This document shows, piece by piece, positions 10,371 to 18,913 of a DNA stretch of 64,000 nt. The stretch comes from Candidatus Borrarchaeum weybense. Lineage in GTDB: Archaea > Asgardarchaeota > Sifarchaeia > Borrarchaeales > Borrarchaeaceae. How positions within the stretch are numbered: position 1 is the stretch's first letter; each line of letters opens with the position of its first letter. The stretch covers positions 1,201,068-1,265,067 of the forward strand of contig JAHQJS010000004.1 in NCBI GenBank assembly GCA_019057385.1, given 5' to 3'. A program made the translations under genes and the position numbers. Below the pieces are notes generated by a model, which was given only the letters and a program-made list of their open reading frames with translations, did not search any database and was not told the DNA's origin.

Positions 10371-11579
10371 TCATATCGCTAAAGAGTCACTCATTAAGTG
10401 CGGAATATTCCCACAGGGACATTGTTTTGTATCCTTTAGTTCTATCCACTTCTTTGTATCACTAGCGTAACGAGGTTTTAGTTTAAAAATCAATACTAAT
10501 TCTTGCCCGGTTGATAAAAGTTGTTTTCCTTCTATCTTAACTACTACCTTGTTCTTTTTTACATCAACTGTCCATTCGAATGGCTCAGCAATCTCGCTAT
10601 ATGATTTGGTTAGATTAATCTCGCCTATTTTTCGCTTATGATCCATTAGAATTTCGCATGATACTGCGCCATTGAATTTGGAAAATTCATAACTAAGTTT
10701 AAGCGCGTCTAAACGCCTAAGTTTTAGCCAATAGTGAAAACATGCTGAAAACTTGTTTTTATTCAGTTTACAAACGTACATTCTCTTTTTATCTTGAATA
10801 TTGATCGTATATGACTCACCTAGTCGTAAGTTGTTATAGTAACTCTTAATAATTTCCGGTGAGACGGTAGCATTTGCGATCGTTAAATCCTTCAATTTAT
10901 GGGTGAAGACATTTGGCTCGTAGGGAAGAGACTCATCAAATTCATTTGTAATCTCAACTTCATAAGGGTCATTAGAAGAAAACAAAGTAACATAAGTGAT
11001 GAAAGGAGCCCTATTTGATAATTTTAAATATTTTCTTCGCTCAAAATAGTCCATTAACCCATCACGTCGAATTTTCCATGTAATATCCTTTGTAAGTAGC
11101 CAATGTATTTGCGTATGATTTGTAAAGAATTCAAAGAGGTCGGAATAACGAGATATCTCATTTTCAGATGCTACTTTACTCTGAAAATCGACAGGAATAT
11201 CCTTTGTAAAATATGAGGAGGGTAGGCTTCGTCCAAAGTACAAAATTCGTTTCTTTATCGTCCAAAAATCAGCAAGAGCCTTTTTTCTCTTCTTCTTTTC
11301 CTTATTGATAAGTTCTAATTGTTCCAGTGCATTTAATGCCCTTCTTACATTAGCTAATGGTTCTTGTAGCTGATCTGCCAAATCATGTGTAAAGAACCCT
11401 TTTTTGTTTTCGAGAAGTCGAGCATATGCTTTGAGGGCAGTATCATTTTTCCAGCCCATTACCTTTCCGAATGCTTCAATTTTATCTTTATTATTCATCA
11501 TATCCTCTGAAAGGATAAATTCGCTTGCAGTAGATTTCGATTCTGAGTTTTTGAGTTTCTTTTTAGGCAATAGACTCAC
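10371..11579 (-). CDS. Protein with N-terminal winged-HTH-like region and unknown C-terminal domain
   Basis: THDLADQLQEPLANVRRALNALEQLELI resembles a wHTH; remainder unrecognised. Confidence 0.55.
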   Translation of the reverse strand: MSLLPKKKLKNSESKSTASEFILSEDMMNNKDKIEAFGKVMGWKNDTALKAYARLLENKKGFFTHDLADQLQEPLANVRRALNALEQLELINKEKKKRKKALADFWTIKKRILYFGRSLPSSYFTKDIPVDFQSKVASENEISRYSDLFEFFTNHTQIHWLLTKDITWKIRRDGLMDYFERRKYLKLSNRAPFITYVTLFSSNDPYEVEITNEFDESLPYEPNVFTHKLKDLTIANATVSPEIIKSYYNNLRLGESYTINIQDKKRMYVCKLNKNKFSACFHYWLKLRRLDALKLSYEFSKFNGAVSCEILMDHKRKIGEINLTKSYSEIAEPFEWTVDVKKNKVVVKIEGKQLLSTGQELVLIFKLKPRYASDTKKWIELKDTKQCPCGNIPHLMSDSLAI

Positions 11580-11935
11580 AGTTCAGTTTTTTTACAATTA
11601 TCTCATTCGTCCTATAAAATTTTTTGTAACAGCTTTTTTATTTCATCAAAACTTCAAACCTTAATCAATACACACAAGAAATAAGCATCCAATATCAAAA
11701 TAAAACACTTAAACAAGTTTTATCCTGGTTATTTTTGCTCCTCAGCGGATTTTTAGTCTTTATATCGATTTAACATTCAAGTACAACTGTGAACCTGTTA
11801 CAATTTCTGTCATTGGAAATCCCTAAATTCGCTGATTGATAAAAAGAGTATAGAGCATTAAATTCCTGTTTTGAGTACATTTCCGACAAAAACTAGTATA
11901 TTTGAAAATAAGAGGCATATCTAAGGAGGAATTCC

Positions 11936-12493
11936 ATGGAAGAAATGGATGCAAAGCACATGAACGAACAAGATAGTAAGATGAAGATCTTCGCGGATAG
12001 TAAGGAAGCTGCGTTAACCGCGATAATGGCAGCGTTATATGCTGTTCTTACATGGGTTGTAGCCCCGATTGCTTATGGTCCAATACAATTTCGAGTGAGT
12101 GAAGGATTAAAGGGATCTGTAATTAAAAAGAAGGTTCTTATTATTAGCTTTATTATTGGGAATGCGTTATCCAATATATTTAGCCCCCAGGCAGGTATTT
12201 GGGAATTTCTCTGGATGCCCTTTTGGAACCTCATCGGTGGTGGATCATGTTATCTCATTGCCAATAAACTTACTTACAACTTTAATTACAAAGATGGAGA
12301 ATACAACCTATTCTATTTTGTTGGTGCTTTCGTGTATGCGTTCTGCATAGCATTCGCTGTAGCATTCATGCTCGCAATTCTCTTTGCCCTTCCCTTTTGG
12401 ATCCTACTTCCAGTACTTCTTCTACCAGAAGCCATACTGATCGTCGGTCTTACACCTGTAATGACTCGTATTATGAATGAAATAGAGTGGTAA
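11936..12493 (+). CDS. queT: QueT family queuosine-precursor transporter (ECF S component)
   Basis: AIMAALYAVLT...PIAYGPIQFRVSE signature; hydrophobic; SD AGGAGG. Confidence 0.88.
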   Translation: MEEMDAKHMNEQDSKMKIFADSKEAALTAIMAALYAVLTWVVAPIAYGPIQFRVSEGLKGSVIKKKVLIISFIIGNALSNIFSPQAGIWEFLWMPFWNLIGGGSCYLIANKLTYNFNYKDGEYNLFYFVGAFVYAFCIAFAVAFMLAILFALPFWILLPVLLLPEAILIVGLTPVMTRIMNEIEW

Positions 12494-12543
12494 GACCATA
12501 ACCACTTTTTCCTTACTGTTTTTCTATACTTATGGGATTAGGT

Positions 12544-12792
12544 TTACTTGAAAAGCCAATCTTCTCTTTTCTTTTTCATATGAGTCTCCAAGACAGTCTT
12601 TGTATGAATGTCTCCTACTGTTTCAAAAACCATGTGTGACTGAAGGGGTTTTTTTCTAGCTGGTTCAAATCCCTGAACTGGGCACAGTTCTATTGGTGTT
12701 TTAGCTAGAACTTTATGTTCAAAACAATCGCCTTTGACTTCATCTACTGGTTTGTAGTATTTACAATCCCTACAAATGAACTCTTCACGCAT
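12544..12792 (-). CDS. Small Cys-rich protein resembling glycyl-radical enzyme small FeS subunits (BssC/AssC/HpdC-like)
   Basis: CRDCKYYKPVDEVKGDC...CP four-Cys pattern; the original SD (GGAGAGGAAGGGAAATG) lies beyond the insertion at 13125-13142. Confidence 0.5.
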   Translation of the reverse strand: MREEFICRDCKYYKPVDEVKGDCFEHKVLAKTPIELCPVQGFEPARKKPLQSHMVFETVGDIHTKTVLETHMKKKREDWLFK

Positions 12793-13134
12793 TTCCCTTA
12801 GGGAAGCGCCTGCCCTTTAGGGTGGGGAAGAATTGAGGGTGTTTTTCACTTTTATTAGGGCCTCTCCACTTTTAAATACGTGTTCTGAGATAGAGGTACG
12901 TGGTCTAAAGGCACACCTCTCATAGAAGTGGAAATGGTTAATGACCTCAAGGATGAGGAGCAGTAAACTGGTATAGCCCGACTCTATATGAGGATTACTG
13001 GGCTGGGCTGCGGTAAACACGCCCATGTGTTAGCGTGCGATGAGGTTGAAACTCTTTTGCAAAGAAGAGGACTGAGACCAAGCACAGCTAAAAGCCTCAC
13101 TGCTTTAGCGTGAGGTAGTTTACGCATTTCCCTT
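12787..13134. repeat. 13-bp direct repeat ACGCATTTCCCTT at both junctions of the element
   Basis: Exact copies at 12787-12799 and 13122-13134. Confidence 0.95.
12789..13123 (+). mobile_element. Non-autonomous IS200/IS605-type element carrying a TnpB-type omegaRNA only
   Basis: Left hairpin CCTGCCCTTTAGGGTGGGG-AAGAATTG; right end AAGCCTCACTGCTTTAGCGTGAGGTAGTTTAC; internal GGGCTGCGGTAAACACGCCC; TATA TTTAAATA 12871-12878; no credible protein. Confidence 0.8.
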
Positions 13135-13322
13135 CCTCTCCTTTTATCAAATGAAATCGGAATCTTTCACAACGTCATTATATCGATTTATTCATGCAAG
13201 ATTAGTTGTTATTGTATCACTATAATATATTTTCATGATATAAAATATTTTGTATGAGTTTTTTGACGAAAACTATTAATCCTTAAAACAATTAAGATAA
13301 TGTTCTAAAATGGTCTTAGGAG

Positions 13323-14369
13323 GTGAATCTATTAGTAGGATCTTACAGGCTGACTAAAGCAGTAAGGGTTCATGGTTGATCCTGTAAGTTGCCCCAAGCA
13401 GACCTAGAAAAGTTACTAGAGAGCATAGAAGTCTATCTACCCGAAGGTTCAGTTAAAGAGAAAATGTTAGCAGGAGCAGGAGATGACGCCGCAGTAATAC
13501 AGATTAGAGATGATCTAGCACTTATTGAAACTGTAGATTTTTTCACACCAAATATTGACGAGCCAATGATTCAAGGAGAAATCTCTGCATGTAATACAAC
13601 TAATGACATTTATGCGATGGGCGCTGTAGACATTCTTAGTGTACTAGTTGTTATGGGTGCACCAACAAATATGCCTTTTGAAATCTCTCGAGATCTTTTA
13701 AAGGGATTTAAAAATTTCTGTGAACGTCTAGGAACACACATTGTCGGCGGACATACTATAATAAATCCATGGCCTTTCATTGGTGGTTGCGCACTAGGTT
13801 TGGCGCACCCAAATAGCGTTGTCTATAATCGCGGTGCAAAAGTTGGAGACATTCTTCTCTTAACAAAACCTTTAGGAACGCAACCTGCGATGGCAGCATA
13901 TCGTTTACTCAAAGAAGAACAACAATTAATTGATTTATCTGAATATTTACCCACTAAAGTAATTGATCGTGCAATACAAAAAGCAATTGAGATAATGACA
14001 ACAACAAACAGGCCAATAGCAAAAATTATGCAGGAAATCAAGGTTAATGCCGCAACGGATGTAACCGGCTTTGGATTGACTGGGCATGCACGTGAAGTAG
14101 CAACACAAAGCAAGGTAAATATTGTGATTGATACTATGCCGATCATAAAAGGAACTAATATCCTTTCTGATCAACTAGGCTATTCATTAATGGAGGGTAC
14201 ATCTGCAGAGACTGCTGGAGGAATGTTACTCTCGTTATCACGTGATAATGTTGATCTATTCAAAGAAAAACTAATAGAAAGAGGAATAAAATCCTTTGAA
14301 ATAGGGCATGTTAAGGAGGGCAGCGGACAGGTGAATATTGTGCCTGATATAAGAATTATTGAAGTTTAG
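13323..14369 (+). CDS. selD: Selenophosphate synthetase, selenoprotein (TGA=Sec at 13377-13379)
   Basis: In-frame extension upstream of the track ORF reads YRLTKAVRVHG-U-SCKLP, the SelD catalytic Cys/Sec loop; GDDAAV, TVDFFTP, ATDVTGFGLTGH, AETAGGML. Confidence 0.93.
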
Positions 14370-14443
14370 ACGGCGCGTAATGAAAAAGACAGAAACCGCA
14401 AGGAGGGTCTTTAGAGCTTTCCACCAATGCAGGTGGCACCGTC
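14369..14443 (+). promoter_or_regulatory. SECIS-like element in the selD 3' UTR
   Basis: GACGG 14369-73 pairs with CCGTC 14439-43; ATGA 14380-83 opposite GA 14414-15; AAAGAC/GTCTTT stem; AGAAA bulge and CC-GCAA-GG apical stem. Confidence 0.8.
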
Positions 14444-14463
14444 AATATCCTCATATCTAAATT

Positions 14464-15372
14464 CTATTTCTCTCCATAGTCAACATTGCCAAATGCTTTG
14501 TTGTATTCATTGCTGAGTAACTCGTCGACCACATGCGTATACTTCTGCGTCGTAGATAGATTTGAATGCCCCAGCTGTTGTTGAATAACCCTTACATCCA
14601 TACCTCTGGATAAAGCAGTCGTAGCAAAGAAATGTCGTAGTTTATGACAACTGATAGCGGGATTTATACCTGCCAGATCTCGATATTTTGCAACTATATG
14701 TTGAATGGTACGAATGGCAATTCTTTTCCCATTCCTACTTATAAATAATGCATCATTTTCTTCGATCTTAGGTCGGATTTTTAAGTAATCGTTGATTAGA
14801 TCAAGCGCTGTAGTGCTAATTTTAACGTATCTGTGTTTTCCTCCCTTTGAAACAAGCCTTAGCGTTTCCTTTTCAAAATTGATATCTTTTAAACTCAAGT
14901 TATGGATGCCTTTTACACGAGCTCCAGTATAGATAAAAACAGCTAAAATCGCTAAATCACGAGTCTTATAATTTGAATTTCCTTCTTTGACAGTCTCAAT
15001 AAGTTTATGTATTTCTTTTTCCGTGGGAAAAATTGGCAATGTATGATCTAGTTTTGGTGTTTTGATTTCACCCATTGGACTTGTCTTAAGGTATTTCTCT
15101 CTTAACAAAATGTCATAGAATGTTCTGAGAGTCGAAACCTTTCGAGCTAAAGTGGTTTTTTTGTATCCTTTATCGCGTTTTAAATGAACTAAGAAGGCTC
15201 TAATATCTCTTGTTGTGGCATTTATAAGGGGTTTTTTAGTGAACTTGGAGAACAACGTCAGATCGTGAAGATACTGATTAAGGGAGGAACTTGCAAGCCC
15301 TTCTTCAACTTCTTTGATCACACGGAATTGATCGATTAATTCTTCATCAGATAAAACTTTTGTTTCCGACAT
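14464..15372 (-). CDS. xerA: XerA-like tyrosine recombinase
   Basis: YTGARV, KGGKHR, HKLRHFFAT, LGHSNLSTTQKY catalytic set plus N-terminal SAM-like domain. Confidence 0.82.
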   Translation of the reverse strand: MSETKVLSDEELIDQFRVIKEVEEGLASSSLNQYLHDLTLFSKFTKKPLINATTRDIRAFLVHLKRDKGYKKTTLARKVSTLRTFYDILLREKYLKTSPMGEIKTPKLDHTLPIFPTEKEIHKLIETVKEGNSNYKTRDLAILAVFIYTGARVKGIHNLSLKDINFEKETLRLVSKGGKHRYVKISTTALDLINDYLKIRPKIEENDALFISRNGKRIAIRTIQHIVAKYRDLAGINPAISCHKLRHFFATTALSRGMDVRVIQQQLGHSNLSTTQKYTHVVDELLSNEYNKAFGNVDYGEK

Positions 15373-15545
15373 ATTCGAAACTTCCGCAAGAACGGTATTT
15401 AGTTATTCTAATTTTGATTCATAGATTTAAAGCTTTATATTTTTAAGATTTCTGAGATTTTTATCCGCTTTTGTAGAGGATAAACATTAATATCGGGATG
15501 TTTTATTTCAAATGATCTAAAAGGTTTAGTAACATCTTGATAAGA

Positions 15546-15875
15546 TCATTTTAGAATCCTTTTCCATTTTGGTAAGTCTCTTTGTCTGTATTTTTCAATT
15601 ACCTTTATTAAGACCGCTTCGAGATCAATATTTCTCTTATTTGCCAAAGATATCAGTACAAATAGTAGATCACCAATTTCTAATTCTAATTCCGCTTCAA
15701 AATTGATGTGCGAATCTTCTTTTGCTATAGGACGAAATCCTTTTAGGCGCTGCAAAACGTGTGCAATTTCACCTAATTCTTCTATCATTCGAGCTAAGAT
15801 AATGGGATCTTCCCAGTATCCTCCTATTTCATTGATAAATTCATCAACGATTTTTTGAAGTTCTCGTAATTCCAA
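15546..15875 (-). CDS. MazG-like nucleotide pyrophosphohydrolase (YpjD-like)
   Basis: ARMIEELGEIA...ELEIGDLLFVL. Confidence 0.85.
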   Translation of the reverse strand: MELRELQKIVDEFINEIGGYWEDPIILARMIEELGEIAHVLQRLKGFRPIAKEDSHINFEAELELEIGDLLFVLISLANKRNIDLEAVLIKVIEKYRQRDLPKWKRILK

Positions 15876-16091
15876 TGGTCTTCCCTCATCAGTGATATAT
15901 TGAAAAAATGTAATTTTTTAATCTTATTTTGTAAGAATTTATCTAGTAACAAAACTCCTTTTCTGAGTTCCTCTATCAGATCTCAAGGGATGGATATGAA
16001 CGCAATCAGATCTCTTACTGAAGTAATTCTCACAAAATATAAAAATAATGATTGTGGTGCTTTTACTAAGTAACGAAGCGAAGTGATATCC

Positions 16092-16580
16092 ATGAGGATT
16101 GAGTTACCAGGTAAAAACTGCGAAAACTGCGGTAAATGCGTTATTCTATGCCCAGATAATCTTTATGTCGTTGACCTGACCACAGAAAAAGCGGTAATAG
16201 CTGATGATACCGTTTTTAATGAATTAGAAGATCGTATAAGTGGCGCCTTACTTACATTAATTAAGGAGCAAATACATAGTGATGGAAAAGTTACCGATGA
16301 TGAAAAAGCGCTCCTAGGTGTTATCACACGTAGTTTCTCAACGTTTAGTAATATGAGAAAAGTCGCGGAGCCAATTCTATTTTCAGCAAAAAAATATCTC
16401 TTCAAAAAAATCTGGGAAGAAGCAATAAAGGACGATGTCATTAGCGAAGATGAGCAAGCAATACTTGACATCATGGTTGATAAATTAAAAATCGCCCCAA
16501 ATGAAAAAGAACAATTCATTTCGGAAGTTGAAGCCGAAGCGGCAGCTATTAAGAAGTTAAAGCAAAAATTGGCAAAGTAG
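16092..16580 (+). CDS. 4Fe-4S motif protein with TerB-like acidic repeats
   Basis: CENCGKCVILCP; DGKVTDDEKALL and DDVISEDEQAIL repeats. Confidence 0.6.
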   Translation: MRIELPGKNCENCGKCVILCPDNLYVVDLTTEKAVIADDTVFNELEDRISGALLTLIKEQIHSDGKVTDDEKALLGVITRSFSTFSNMRKVAEPILFSAKKYLFKKIWEEAIKDDVISEDEQAILDIMVDKLKIAPNEKEQFISEVEAEAAAIKKLKQKLAK

Positions 16581-16764
16581 GTTTTCACCATAATTATTTA
16601 TAACAAGCCTTCCTTTTTGATTTTAAAACTTACCTTTTTACTGAGATTACTGTTCTAGTGGATTTTTTTAGTTTTTACGCGTCTTTTAATTTTATAGGGG
16701 TCATGTTTGTTCACTTTCTTCACAGATCCAAAATTCTCGATAGGAATATCTAAATCAGTTAGGT

Positions 16765-17095
16765 GTGAACTACCACCTAACGAGTGAGGTGGCTTCTGTC
16801 CTCCTAGACTGTTCTGCTTAGCCAACACGGTTGGACACATGCAGCCTAGTCATCGACAGTTCGGGCTGGTCAACGGCAGCCCCCGTCCCTCAAGGGACAC
16901 TTGAGGTCCGACAGTACCCTCATCGGTACTGTGTCTTGTGTACGCCCTTCACGCTAAGCCAGACACCTTGGATACCGCATATTTTTATTGTAATTAACTG
17001 CTATTTAAGTTGAAGGAGACCTGTGTGAAAGTGAAACAAGTAAAAGACGCAATTCATCCCCCCAACAAGTTAGGAGGTCTTCTTGCGGTAGATCT
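16765..17095 (-). mobile_element. Non-autonomous IS200/IS605-type element carrying a TnpB-type omegaRNA only; TAM TTTAT
   Basis: Minus strand: TTTAT|AGATCTACCGCAAGAAGACCTCCTAACTTGTTGGGGGGATGAATTG ... TTAAATA (17002-08) ... GGGCTGCCGTTGACCAGCCC ... GAAGCCACCTCACTCGTTAGGTGGTAGTTCAC; junctions supported by an intact paralogous site at 17159-17186. Confidence 0.88.
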
Positions 17096-17158
17096 ATAAA
17101 TTGTAGAAAGACCTTTCGTCAACGGTGATGCCTCCTTTTATGAAGGAAGATTTATCCA

Positions 17159-17186
17159 CAGTTAGGTATAAAATATAGAAAGACCT
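17159..17186 (+). promoter_or_regulatory. TATA-containing 28-bp unit, intact copy of the site split by the element
   Basis: CAGTTAGGTATAAAataTAGAAAGACCT versus split copy CAGTTAGGT (16756-64) + ATAAAttgTAGAAAGACCT (17096-17114); about 40 bp upstream of ATG 17209. Confidence 0.75.
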
Positions 17187-17208
17187 CACATAAGTAGTGG
17201 TGAAAAAT

Positions 17209-17844
17209 ATGCCTTTACAACCATTCACAAGGAATTTTAAAGATGAAAGTACACATACAGGATTTCAGTTTACATTTTATTGCGACAATTGTGGCGACGG
17301 CTACAAAACAAAATTCATAGAGTCAAAATCCTACAAGAAGAAAGGCCTTCTAAGAAAACTTTCAAAGGCAGTCTCAACTGCAGGCCGTTTTACTGGAACT
17401 GGGTCATTTAGTCTTGGATATGGATATGAAAGTTATCCGCCTGCATGGCATAAAGAGCACGAAAAAGCTTTTGAAAAAGGCTGGAACGAAGCCATAGAAC
17501 ATTTCCATAAATGTCCGAACTGTGGTAAACATGTCGATGACAACTGCTGGAATGGCCAGACGGATCTTTGCACAAAATGTTCCCCAAGAGAAGCAATAGA
17601 AGTAGCTGTAGCAAGATCGGATAAAATGAGGACAGATATAAGGGCAAAGGCTGCCCAGACTGAAGTATTTACTGGAGAAGTCGATAAAAGAACGACATTA
17701 TGTCCAGAGTGCGGTCAACCTGCTGGCGAAGGCAAATTCTGTAGCGAATGTGGTGCCCCTCTCGCACAAATCCAATGTCCCAATTGTGGAACACCGCTTA
17801 AACCTGGCACAAAGTTCTGCAACGAATGTGGAAAGAAACTCTGA
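17209..17844 (+). CDS. Multi zinc-ribbon (double zinc ribbon) protein
   Basis: GFQFTFYCDNCG and repeated CxxCG...KFCxECG units. Confidence 0.85.
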   Translation: MPLQPFTRNFKDESTHTGFQFTFYCDNCGDGYKTKFIESKSYKKKGLLRKLSKAVSTAGRFTGTGSFSLGYGYESYPPAWHKEHEKAFEKGWNEAIEHFHKCPNCGKHVDDNCWNGQTDLCTKCSPREAIEVAVARSDKMRTDIRAKAAQTEVFTGEVDKRTTLCPECGQPAGEGKFCSECGAPLAQIQCPNCGTPLKPGTKFCNECGKKL

Positions 17845-17926
17845 AAAAAACGTCTTAGCATCGTTTAAAAGAATAGTACAAAATTTGTACTGTTATCACC
17901 CCCTAATTTTTTCTTTCTTAAAATAA

Positions 17927-18913
17927 TTATTCTCCTTTTTCCAATATGACAGACGTCTTTGGGTACGGAATTTCTATGTCTTTATCTGTTAATGCGTTTT
18001 TAATGTTTGCCAGCATTCTGCTCTCGGTTTCGAAAAGTCCTCCTGCCTTAGTTGTATCCACAAAAACCTTTGCTTCCATATTAACAGAAGATTCGCCAAA
18101 TTTTGTTATGACTACCTCTATCGGAGTAAAATAGCCCTGACCATCTATTCCTTCTTTTGCTGTAGCAGGGTCATTTCTCAGAACTTCTTGTATAATTTTT
18201 ATGGCTTTCGATACGTCTGACTCGTAAGATATATTAATCTTATGAAAAAGTCTTCTTAACCGGTGCTCTGAATAATTAACTATTGCTTCCTTATCAACCA
18301 TCGAATTAGGCAGGTTAATTGGAGTATTGTCAGGCGCAACTATAGTTATTGAACGCAAACTCATAGTCCTAACTGTGCCTACTATGTTTTTCCCTTTAAG
18401 GTGAATCCAATCTCCGATCTTGAACGGCTTGTCAAGTATGAGGGATACCCCAGAGATGAAGTTAGAAAATGTCTGCTGCGCAGCAAGCCCCAAAACGATA
18501 CCTGCAAAACCTGCACCGACTAATAAGCCCTGAATAATTCCAACAAGTTCAAATACTCCTAAAGTCCATATAACAGCTACGACTAAAATACTGATTTTAA
18601 TCAGGTTTTTGATTAACATACTTACTCTGAGAGGTATGTCCTTAACCCGTTCTATCACTTTGATATAAACTTCTATACTTAGTCTTACAACGTACACTGC
18701 GCCAATCCATATAATTGCTATCAGTACCAATTGAGCCATGAAAGGATTGTTTGTACTGAACAGCACCCAATAAGAATTGAGGTTGTATCGCAACACAAGA
18801 AAGATCAAAATCGCTAAGATAACGATTATTGGAATCAACTTACGGCTTAATATGCCGCCTACAGTCTCTCGTACGTTATAGTTCTTTATTTTCTTAATTT
18901 CTATCTCCTCCAA
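17927..18913 (-). CDS. mscS: Small-conductance mechanosensitive channel MscS
   Basis: GLAAQQTFSNFISG...KPFKIGDWI, LPNS, FGESSVN. Confidence 0.92.
   Translation of the reverse strand: MEEIEIKKIKNYNVRETVGGILSRKLIPIIVILAILIFLVLRYNLNSYWVLFSTNNPFMAQLVLIAIIWIGAVYVVRLSIEVYIKVIERVKDIPLRVSMLIKNLIKISILVVAVIWTLGVFELVGIIQGLLVGAGFAGIVLGLAAQQTFSNFISGVSLILDKPFKIGDWIHLKGKNIVGTVRTMSLRSITIVAPDNTPINLPNSMVDKEAIVNYSEHRLRRLFHKINISYESDVSKAIKIIQEVLRNDPATAKEGIDGQGYFTPIEVVITKFGESSVNMEAKVFVDTTKAGGLFETESRMLANIKNALTDKDIEIPYPKTSVILEKGE

Noticed and set aside
11850-11935. preQ1 riboswitch before queT (AAAAACTAG tail)
   Set aside because: No P1 stem or GGTTC loop consensus precedes the A-rich tail.
14434-14461. dif site beside xerA (TCATATCTAAA half-site)
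   Set aside because: No matching inverted left arm; the region belongs to the SECIS basal stem.
14464-15372. Integrase of a provirus or island
   Set aside because: No tRNA, att repeats or viral genes; the neighbours are housekeeping genes.
12817-17013. Short ORFs inside the RNA-only elements (12817-13026, 16655-16840, 16831-17013)
   Set aside because: No TnpA or TnpB motifs; they are by-products of GC-rich structured RNA.
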